Of a stretch of DNA of 64,000 nucleotides, positions 53,757-64,000 are shown in pieces (the first letter of the stretch is position 1; each line of letters starts with the position of its first letter). Source of the DNA: Octopus vulgaris (lineage: Eukaryota); NCBI GenBank assembly GCA_951406725.2, contig OX597829.1, forward strand, positions 49,538,001 to 49,602,000. The letters run 5' to 3'. Under the pieces are notes generated by a model. That model ran no database searches. It was not told where the DNA came from and saw nothing but the letters and a program-made list of their open reading frames with translations. Made by a program: the position numbers and the translations under genes.

Positions 53757-53791
53757 GTTTCCGACGAAGAGCTCCGCTCGAAACGTTAAAC
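53757..53791 (+). ncRNA. Minimal type-I hammerhead (U4C variant) in a (TA)n-embedded remnant 53700-53890
   Basis: GTTT CCGACGA A GAGC TCC GCTC GAAA CG TT AAAC. Confidence 0.75.
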
Positions 53792-53887
53792 CCTCCTTCT
53801 TTCCTTCTTTCCTGAGCGTCCAATAATACTATATTTGTTCCACGTCCTCGCGTTGTTGTGTTTTCTTTTGTGCTTTCTTGTTTGATC

Positions 53888-53937
<50 letters not shown>

Positions 53938-54374
53938 ATTCTAGATAAAGATTTAAAGTGAGGTTGAAAAGGCAAACTTTAGCATCGTTTGTAAAAGACA
54001 TTTAATTTTGATAAAAAATATATATATATATGCAGAGTCTCTTACAACTAACTGTCTCTAGAGTAGCCAAGCGTGTGGAACATCATACTAAGTAAAGGTT
54101 CTATAGACTGAGTATCCCGTCACCAGAAAGATGTAAAACCGAGGGAAGTCCCCAATTGGGGATATCAGTGTATTATGTTTTTCAAGAATGGGAAAAGTAT
54201 CAGAGAAAAATACGAATACGTTGCGTAGATTGTTATAAGTAAATGAAAAATAGTTATAAGTAATATCCAAAAGCAGCTTCAAATGAGAATATTCGATGAT
54301 ATTCTGTAGAAAAGTGCAAGCTACCAGTTCCAAGAACAGGTAACTTCCTCTATTTCTCGAGGAATACTCCTTAA

Positions 54375-54545
54375 GGCGCAGGAGTGGCTGTGTGGCAAGT
54401 AGCTTGCTTACCAGCCACATGGTTCCGGGTTCAGTCCCACTGTGTGGCATCTTGGGCAAATGTCTTCTACTATGGCCTCGGGCCGACCAAAGCCTTGTGA
54501 GTGGGTTTGACAGACGGAAACTGAAAGAAACCCATCGTATACATG

Positions 54546-54608
<63 letters not shown>

Positions 54609-54823
54609 TTGTGTGTCTGTGTTAGTCCTCCTAGCATTGCTTGACAACCGATGCTGGTGTGTTTACGTCGCCGTCACTTAGCGGTTCGGCAAAAGAGACT
54701 GATAGACTAAGTACTGAGCTTACAAAAGAATAAGTCCCGGGGTCGATTTGCTCGACTAAAGGCGGTGCTCCAGCATGGCCGCAGTCAAATGACTGAAACA
54801 GGTAAAAGAGAGTAAAAGAGAGT
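54375..54823 (+). mobile_element. SINE family A
   Basis: Similar to 860-1276. Confidence 0.9.
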
Positions 54824-55068
54824 AAGTATTCTGTAGTATTTTGTATCAATTCTAGATATAAAAGAAAAGATACAACGATTTTTCCATCGGTATTAGCGGT
54901 AAAAGCGGAGAGCCTGCAAAAGGTGATAATCTCTGACCTTTATTTTCTTCACTTCTTTTCTTTCCTCGTCGTCGTTATTCCCACCTCCGGGGAGAAATAG
55001 AGAGAAACGGACAGAGAGAAAGAGAATCAGAAATTAAGAGAGACAGCCAGCTAAACTGATATTTATTT

Positions 55069-55451
55069 GGAAGCACTCCGTCGGTTACGACGATAGGGTT
55101 CCGGTTGATCCGATCAACGGAACAGCCTGCTCGTGAAATTAACGTGTAAGTGGCTGAGCACTCCACAGACACGTGTACCCTTAACGTAGTTCTCGGGGAT
55201 ATTCAGCGTGACACAGACAGTGACAAGGCCGGCCCTTTGAAATACAGGTACAACAGAAACAGGAAGTAAGAGTGAGAGAAAGTTGTGGTGAAAGAGTACA
55301 GCAGGGATCACCACCACCCCCTGCCGGAGCCTCGTGGAGCTTTTAGGTGTTTTCGCTCAATAAACACTCACAACGCCCGGTCTGGGAATCGAAACCGCGA
55401 TCCTACGACTGCGAGTCCGCTGCCCTAACCACTGGGCCATTGCGCCTCCAC
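55069..55451 (-). mobile_element. SINE family C, full length
   Basis: TSD GATATTTATTT (55058-55068 / 55452-55462). Confidence 0.93.
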
Positions 55452-55745
55452 GATATTTATTTACTGACAGAATGAAATAGCAGTATTCATAGAGATGCAA
55501 GTATCGTGCCGACAAAATATCGTACTGAAATATATCTGTAGATATCGGCTGGTCTGATAACAGAGATGAAATTTTCCCCGTAAGCCTGAAAGTAACACTG
55601 CGGAATTAACTCTGAATTCCCTCCCTTGAATTATCTCCCCCTTTCTTTTACGAATCTTTGATACTTATCTCTAGGTTTCTTCGTACGGCATTCAATAGCT
55701 CTCCTCTTTTTTAATATGCGGGTGCGTTTGTGCATGAGTGTGTGT

Positions 55746-55818
<73 letters not shown>

Positions 55819-56755
55819 CGTGCGCACGCGTGTGTTGGGCTTATTATCATGAACTGGTGGGTGTGATTCTTGAACCAGGATATGTGTTGTGCTCATACGA
55901 AACTTAATATTTATAGTCAAGAAATATAGATTTTACATTTTTTTAAAGGACATTTTGTTTGCACGCTCACATGCACACACACACACACACACACACATAC
56001 ACACACAATACACATACGCACAGACTGACCGACAGACAGGTAGATAGGTAGGCAGGCAGACAGATATAAAATACAGGCTTCTATTCAGTTTTCTTCTACC
56101 AAATTCAGCCACAAGACTTCGGTTGGCACGCTACTATAACAGAAGACACTCCTCCGAGGCGCAGCGCAGTGAGGTTGAACCCCAAATCGCATTATTGGAA
56201 AGCAAGAATCTTAAGCACACAGCCGTGACTGTGTATTTCTGATATATCTAAAAATGCTTACCGATTTGAGAATATTTTTTGTCACAATTCTACTAAAATC
56301 AGCAAAAAGGTTTCTTTTTCCTTTTTAGCAAACTCATACGTATTAAAAACCTTTCAAGTTTTACCATGTCTCAAATCCGATTTGATTTTTTTCTCAAAAC
56401 TGAGTATTAAATCAAACATTGCCTGAGAAACAGATTTTCCTACTGCTATTAGATATCTTACGGATTGAAATAGCTTGAAAAACTCATTTCATAAGCTGAT
56501 TAGCCTTATCGTATATAAAGTATATTGTCATTTGATCATTTTTGTACACCGGGAATGCAATATTTATAAAAATCTTACAAGTGATAAGCAATGTTTATCG
56601 CTACTTCAATATGGCTATTCCGTAGGAACCGGCGTTATTACCGTTTTTAAAGTCTTTCAGGAGCCCCTTTCAATTGGTTATCGATGCAAACTACATCTAC
56701 ATTGCAAGAATGGGAGCGAACCCCTATAATATAGCGACGGCGACGGGACTACCAA

Positions 56756-56795
56756 ACCGTACTGTTTCGAGCGATTTGTGCTCATCTTCAGGGGT
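56756..56795 (-). ncRNA. Minimal type-I hammerhead candidate with canonical core
   Basis: Reverse complement ACCC CTGAAGA T GAGC ACAAATC GCTC GAAA CAG TA CGGT; lies between diverged ~85-bp direct repeats near 56650 and 56975. Confidence 0.6.
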
Positions 56796-57315
56796 GAGCA
56801 TTCGTCCGCTTGAGGTACTAGTAATCTGCTCCAGCTCGCAATATATATATATAAAAAAGAAAATATGTAACAATCAACTACTGATCTTAGAACAAGAAAA
56901 TTAGCCAGTTAGAAAATCTCTATAAGGGACGAAAGGAATAACTATACTGAGAAGTAATGTTTATCGTCGATTTTAAGTCCAAGAGGAGCCTCTTCCAGCT
57001 GATTATCGATGCAATCTGCGCCCGACATATATTGCAAGCAGGGGAGCGAACTCCTACCATTTTCTGTCGGCTATATCCTGCAATATGCCAACATATTCGA
57101 TTTTGCCTTGATAATCACACACTAAATATGGTCGGTGGTGAACATTTTTTTTTAATTCATGTCCTTACTGAAAAAGACTTACTAAGGGATTTAGATTCAT
57201 TTGGATGTTGACTCGTCAGTTTTAAGGATACCCCAGGGGTTTTAAGAGGTGGTCCAAAAGCATCCTTATTCCACCTTGCAGAATTTCTCTCGGAATCTCT
57301 CTTACGCCCTCTGGT

Positions 57316-57362
<47 letters not shown>

Positions 57363-57824
57363 ATCGAGATCTCTCTAACTTTCTCTCTCTTTTTCATTCT
57401 GTCACATTCCCCACACATACACAAACAGACACACAGACACATACACAAGTGCACGACCACATATATGCTAGTATCTATGAGTCTCTTTTTTTTGTCTATA
57501 CCAGATGGCCAAGTGGTTAAAACATTGGCTTCGCAATGACGTCTTCAAGAGTTTGACTCTGCTTTGTGTTATCTTACACGAATGTCTTTCACCACAGCCT
57601 CGGATCAACTCGAGCCTTGTAAGTACACCTGAGCGAACTGAAGCCGTGAAAAAGGAAAAATTGTCGGGTAGATTCTACCCGAAATTGAATGCTACAACAC
57701 TGTCATATGCTGTGTCACGCTTATACCGTTTGAGAATTATGTTATGGATACGCAGTCTGTGTGTATGTGTATGTATGTATGTATGTGTGTGTGTGTATGT
57801 GTGTGTGTGTGTGAGTGTGTGTGG

Positions 57825-57892
<68 letters not shown>

Positions 57893-58151
57893 GTGTGTGT
57901 GTAATGCTCAACCACATATATGCTAATTCAATGAGCAGGTTAGTTAGTAGATCAAACAATCGAACAAACTGACGGAAATCTCTTTCTTACCAAAGAACAA
58001 CTTAGAAGTTCGACAAACATACACACACACACGCACTCACACACACATGTATGTATGTATGTTTGCATGCATATATGTATACAAGGATGTAAATATATAT
58101 GCATACATGCATGCTTAAATATACATATATATATATATATATATATGCATG

Positions 58152-58214
<63 letters not shown>

Positions 58215-58299
58215 GTATAAATATATATATATATACATATACATATATCTATATATATATGTATGTATTATGTGTGCGTGTATATATATATTCTTAATC

Positions 58300-59012
58300 T
58301 TTTATTCTTTTACTTATTTCAGTAATTTGGCTGCGCCTATGCTGGAGCTTCGACTTTAGCCGAAGAAATCGACCCCAGAACTTATTTTCTGTAAGCCTAG
58401 TACTTATTTTATCGATTTCTTTTGCCGAACCGCTAAATTACGAGGGCGTAAAGAGAACAGCATCGGTTATCATGCGATGGTGGGGGACAAACATACACAC
58501 ACAAATACATACACATACACATATATATATATATATATATATTAGGTAGCGTGTATAATACTACTTTCTAAAATCAGAGCCAAGCCTCCAAAAACTACCA
58601 TAAAAATTACGATAGAAACACACGCGAGCAATGCAATGAACATTTCAGAAACAGGCTTACCTCTGCTTTGAATACATAGATAAGTAATACATATTTCAAT
58701 ATCAATTGATTTCACGCTTTGCATGACAAACATGCTTTGCGATCTTCAGTTGAAAACAGTATTTAACATCTATTTCTAAAATATTCACTACGTTAGCTCG
58801 TGCGCCTTCCTAACTTTGAACGACGGGCTTCTTTCCCTCTACCAAATCCTTCTACCAAATCCCTCTCCCAAATCCACTCTACCAAATCCACTTACAAGAC
58901 TTTGGTTGCCCCGAGGCTTTAGTAAAAGACACTTGCCCAAAGTGCCACGCAGTGGAAGTGAACCCAGAACTATGTGGTTGGTAAGCAAGCTACTTACCAC
59001 ACAGCCACTCCT
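58300..59012 (-). mobile_element. SINE family A split into 3' (58300-58500) and 5' (58818-59012) parts
   Basis: Similarity to other copies; unrelated ~280 bp in between. Confidence 0.75.
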
Positions 59013-59844
59013 GAGTCCTTTTTTTTTTAATTTCAAACTGAAACTGAGAGAAGCAAGCTTCAAGCCAAAGCATAAAAGTTTCGCCTGAAGATTGTAGGAA
59101 CGTGAAAATCGGGTCACGGGAGAAATACTTAGCTTCAATTTTAATGAAAACCAAATCCCATATCTTTTACATTTCGGGAGCAGTCCTTTCACTGATTCGT
59201 CCGATGGTGCATATTCTATCGTTCTCTTTTTGCCGAAGCGCTAATGTCACGAAGACGTAAACAAATTAACACCGCTTGACAAGCGATGGTGATGGGAGAA
59301 ACAGTTAGTTCATGATATATATGTACGCATGTATGTATGTATGTATGTATGTATGTATGTATGTATGTATGTATGTATGTATGTATGTATGTATGTATGT
59401 ATGTATGTATGTGTGTGTGTGTATGTATGTATGTATGTACGTATGTATGTACGTATGTATGTACGTATGTATGTGTGTATGTATGTATGTATGTATGTAT
59501 GTATGTACGCATGTATGCATGTATGTGTGTGTGTGTGTGTATGTATGTATGCATGTGTGTGTGTGTATGTATGTATGTACGTACGTATGTATGTATGTAT
59601 GTATGTATGTATGTACGTATGTATGTATGTGTATGTATGTATGTATGTATGTGTGTGTATGTATGTATGTATGTATGTGTGTATGTATGTATGTATGTAT
59701 GTGTGTGTATGTATGTATGTAGTTAGGTACGTAGGTAGGTACGTAGGTAGGTAGGTAGGTATCTGCGTATGTGTGTGTGTACATGTACGTGCGTATGCAT
59801 GTGTGCATGCCTATACGCATGTATGTATGTATATACTTATATAC

Positions 59845-61170
59845 TAACGTATGTATGTGAGTATTTAGGAGAGTGTGTTGACGTGTCTGTATGTGTGTGT
59901 ACATGTGAACGTATGTTTATGTACTGATATGTGTCAGTTCAAGTTGTATACATGACTGTTACCTTGTTGAAGGTTGTATATATACACACATATACATTTA
60001 TATAGACACACACACACATGTGTGTGTGCGTTTGTCCCTCCATCGTCTGACGGCGAATGGATACAACGTCTTAGATACATATATGCACATATAACCTTAT
60101 ACATACATACACACAATCATATAGACACACATACTCACAAATATACATATAATCTTAAAGTATATACACATATACGCTTATCCATTTCTACATACATATA
60201 TACATATACATATACACACACATACACATATACATATATATATATATATATATTTAGACATACATACACACATGCATATATACACACACACATATGTATA
60301 TATATATATATATATGACAATTTTCAAGGACAACGTGGTGACGTATACGTATGTACATATGTGGTGATGTATATGTGTGTGTGTACGTGTGTGTATGTGT
60401 TGTGTGTTGTGTATGTTAGCGTATAAGTATGTACATGCATGCACATACTTTAAAATTATACGTATATTTGTGAGTATATTTGTGTCTATATGATTGTGTG
60501 TACTTGTATATATGTATAAGGTTATATGTGCATATATATATATGGATATATGTATAAGGTTATATGTTCAAATATATATGTATATATGTATACGGTTATA
60601 TGCCTGAGAACAATGCCTGTCATCGCCACAGATGGAGGAAGCAGGTTAAGGAGGGGATCAACACTTTTGAGAGAGCACGTATCCAGCATGAAGAACTTAG
60701 GCGAGCTGCGCGAAAGCGCACGGCTCGTATAGTGAATGGGGAAAGCTTGGTCTGCAATGTTTGCAGTCGTGTGTGCTTGTCAAGAGCAGGGCTCATAAGC
60801 CGCCAATGGAGCCGCAAATGCAAAATATAAGTTAGTCCTAGAGTGCACAATGTTCCTGAAGGTCGGCAATGGTCTTCCTCGGTCACGAGTGGACGGCCAT
60901 CATATGTTCATATATGTATCTAAGACGTTGTATCCATTCACCGTTAGACGGTGGTGAGAGGGACAAACGCACACACACATATATATGTGTGTGTCTATAT
61001 AAATGTATATGTGTGTATATATATACAACCTTCAACAAGGTAACAGTCATGTATACAACCTGAACTGACACATATCAGTACATAAACATACGTTCACATG
61101 TACATACACATGTACACACACACAGACACGTCTACACACTCTCCTAAATACTCACATACATATGTAAGTA
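59845..61170. repeat. Inverted duplication flanked by (TATG)n / (CATA)n
   Basis: 59855-60090 mirrors 60905-61160; 60090-60170 mirrors 60445-60535. Confidence 0.85.
60603..60903 (+). mobile_element. RTE/BovB-like LINE 3' fragment inserted in the right arm
   Basis: RWRKQVKEG..FE...CNVCSRVCLSRAGLIS zinc-finger-like C-terminus; 3' end CAATGGTCTTCCTCG..ACGAG..GGCCATCAT; related minus-strand piece at 61195-61290. Confidence 0.8.
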
Positions 61171-61437
61171 CTGTACTTACATACATACATGTTATGGCTG
61201 CCCCCTCGTTATCGAGTATGGCCATTGCACGGAGCTTAACTGTTACTGGTGCTGTGATCGAATGTGACTTTTTAGCCCAGCTAAAGATCTACAAACATAC
61301 ATACATACATACATACATACACACATACATACATACATACATACATACATACATACATACATACATACATACATACATACACACATACACACATACGTAC
61401 GTACATATATGTAACTTTCTCAGATGCAGCACGAAGT

Positions 61438-61488
61438 TTTGTCAGTGAACAGGTCGCGATCTGAAAGCGACGAAAATATTTTGACAAA
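61438..61488 (+). ncRNA. Minimal type-I hammerhead, G3-C8 core variant
   Basis: TTTGTCA GTGAACA G GTCGC GATCTGAAA GCGAC GAAA ATAT TT TGACAAA. Confidence 0.78.
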
Positions 61489-61563
61489 TTAAATTTAAAT
61501 GTTGAAGTGAATCTAACGGTTTTGTGTGTTTCTTAAATGGCTTATAAACACCTTCCACGCTGC

Positions 61564-61620
<57 letters not shown>

Positions 61621-61624
<4 letters not shown>

Positions 61625-62600
61625 ATGTTACATTACTCGGTAGTCAAGATAAAACTCTGAGTTTCAGATGCCGAAGTGGAAATCCACAACACCATCTCTT
61701 CGGTTATCTGGCTATTTGAAAACGTTATGAAAAAATACCGTTAAAAATGAAGGGAAATTACTCTGTTATAACTCTGCTTTGCCTGCGTACTTATACATCG
61801 CTCGCATTTTTCGTCATAAAAATTATATAAAAATACATAAAAATATATAAAAATATATAAAAATATATAAAATCTTCTTGGGACATAACACAGAAAGCAT
61901 GTTCTATCCGTTTTCTTTAGGGGACCAAAAACGTAACAGAAATTTAGTCACATGTGGGCATGATCCGAAAAGCTCTGTCCTTGTATTTAGACATGTGGTA
62001 GGGTCTAAGCTGCTTTTCCAGATAAGCCATCTCTCCATGTCGCATAAACCGCACCTTCCGCTGCCGTTAGTATAGGGCTTACATCTGGCCAAAATCTTCC
62101 ATTGTATGTTATAATCGACACCTTTATCTCTTAAAGACCAAATATGATTGGATAATTGTGTCGCTTTTCTTTTGTTCCAGTGCCTAAAGCTCAAAGTGTG
62201 GTTATTGAACCTGGCCTTGAAATTACCCTCTGTCAGGCCCACGTATTTCTTCGTCGAAACGGTGTCTTTAGTGGTTATAGAGTTTACGGTAGCTTCATAT
62301 ATGATGGTCTTGGACATGCAAGCTCCATTTAGCGGGCACAATTCTTTATTCCTGCATGAACAGCTGTTTTCTTCTTGTGTTTTTTGTATGTTATGATTGA
62401 TTATGTTTTTAAAATTGGTAGTTGAACTAAAACTAATTTTTAAATTGTGTCTATTGAAGAGTTTCCTATAAGCATGGTTAACTGGAAAATGTCTATCTAT
62501 CAGTGCTAGGAAATATTTACCTATATTGAAGGCCACCTCGGGTGAGTAAGGGGGCGTAAACCAGATGACCTTCCTATTTCTATTATTCCTTTTCCTTATT
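61621..62600 (-). mobile_element. Penelope-like element 3' fragment (Naiad-like GIY-YIG) ending in (TA)n
   Basis: ORF 61904-62605: RKVIWFTPPY, CSCRNKELCPLNGAC, IIYEATV..YVGLTE..FKAR..NH, CGLCDME, LNTRTE..CPH. Confidence 0.85.
61647..61709 (-). ncRNA. Type-I hammerhead in the PLE 3' region
   Basis: Reverse complement AGATAA CCGAAGA GATG..22nt..CATC T GAAA CTCAGAG TT TTATCT. Confidence 0.75.
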
Positions 62601-63503
62601 TCCAATATATATATAAAACTCTAGTTGTGTGAGTGTCTGTCCCCTTCGATTTAGATTCCTAACTACTCCCACATTTTGCGGTGCAGTTTAACCAAATTCG
62701 GGTATCTTATAGTCGTGATTAATATCGAGCCCGTCTGGCTGTTAGCGCGCGTCTACGATGAGTCTACGATTTTTAAAATAATTTAACATCATTTTTTATT
62801 CCATTTTAATGCATATTTTTTCGTGTGTCGATGGCGGCGGAGTTGGCGTCCACGCTCACGCCTGCACCTGTGTTGCTCCTCCCCCTTCTTCCCTCCCTCG
62901 TGAAGCTGTGGGGAAGGGAGTGTAAGGAAATCAACGTCGTAATGCCTTGTCAAGGAGACCAGCGTTCTTTTAGAACAACGACTTCATGGCTTGAAGTCGC
63001 CAAAACAGAAATCGCTAAAAAAGCTGAAACAGATCCACAAAAACGGCAAAAACCGCAACACAGGGCAGGTTTCCTGTGCAAACAATTTGCACAACCGAAT
63101 GTTTTAGTTGTTGCACAAATCTTTATATTTAAAAGTGAAGTTGTGTGTCTGTCTCCTACGATTTAGATTCCTAACTACTCCCACATTTTGCGGTGCAGTT
63201 TAACCAAATTCGGGTATCTTATAGTCGTGATTCATATCGACCCTTCTGGGTATTAGCGCGCGTCTACGATGAGTCTACGATTTAAAAAAAAAATTACCAT
63301 AATTTTTTATTCCATTTTAATGCATTTTTCGCTATTATATAAGGGAAGTAACTCTCTAAAATGTCTACGATGAGTCAACGATTAAAAAAAAATTACCATC
63401 ATTTTTTATTCCATTTTTAATGCATTTTTTGCTATAACTCACTAAAAATGCTTATAAAGTTATTTCCCTTACAAACCCGAGCAACGCCGGGTGATACTGC
63501 TAG
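62601..63503 (+). mobile_element. Composite non-autonomous Helitron (two 5' modules, one 3' end)
   Basis: Homologous to 30770-31286; second A|TC start at 63120; CCCGAGCAACGCCGGG hairpin + CTAG|T at 63500-63504. Confidence 0.87.
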
Positions 63504-63620
63504 TATATATATATATATATATATTATATTTTGTTTTACTTTTTTCTGTCATTTGACTGCAGTCATGCTGAAGCACCCTCTTTAGAAATTATGTGTGTCT
63601 TTGTGCCTGTATTTTTCTCC

Positions 63621-64000
63621 TGTGGAGGCGCAATGGTCTAGTGGTTAGGGCAGCGGGCTCGCTGTCGTGGGATCGCAGTTTCGATTGCCAGACCGGACCT
63701 TGTGAGTCGTTTATTGAGCGAAAACACACAAAGTTCAACGAGGCTCCGGCGCCTGGTGAGGGTGGCGATCCCTGCTGTACTCTTTCACCACAACTTTCCC
63801 TTACTCTTTCTTCCTCTTTCTGTTGTAGCTGTATTTAAAAGGGCCAGCTTTGTCACACACTGTGTCACGCTGAACCTCCCTGAGAACTACATTAAGTGTA
63901 CACGTGTCTGTGGAATGCTCAGCCACTTGCATGTTAATTTCCCGAGCAGGCTGTTCCATTAATAGGATCAACTGGAACCCTCGTTGTCGTAACCGACGGA
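63621..64000 (+). mobile_element. SINE family C (diverged), runs to window end
   Basis: Similar to 52013-52404. Confidence 0.9.

Overview
AT-rich, microsatellite-dense eukaryotic DNA with no recognisable host gene. The SINE families and repeat landscape suggest an octopus/cephalopod genome (inference). Almost all identifiable content is mobile DNA. (1) A ~5.5-kb head-to-head inverted duplication of a Neptune-type Penelope-like element (PLE; RT + GIY-YIG) inside (TA)n. (2) A near full-length L1/Tx1-clade LINE and a truncated relative, both inside (GATA)n. (3) A decayed HERO-like RLE retrotransposon, a Naiad-like PLE 3' fragment and RTE LINE fragments. (4) A DD41D Tc1/mariner fossil, MITEs, non-autonomous Helitrons and four tRNA-SINE families. 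Most ORFs in the supplied track are microsatellite or SINE artefacts. The most notable signal is RNA structure. There are about 9 minimal type-I hammerhead ribozyme motifs, showing C-G, U-A and G-C covariation at core positions 3/8. There are also five motifs with a non-circularly permuted (pseudoknotted) hammerhead topology, order IIIa-GUC-Ia / IIb-GAA-IIIb / Ib-CUGANGA-IIa, in (TA)n-associated elements and the HERO-like 3' UTR. A recurring fold-back-plus-one-sided-tail insertion architecture appears from 150 bp to 5.5 kb. All structures were read by eye and none is experimentally tested.
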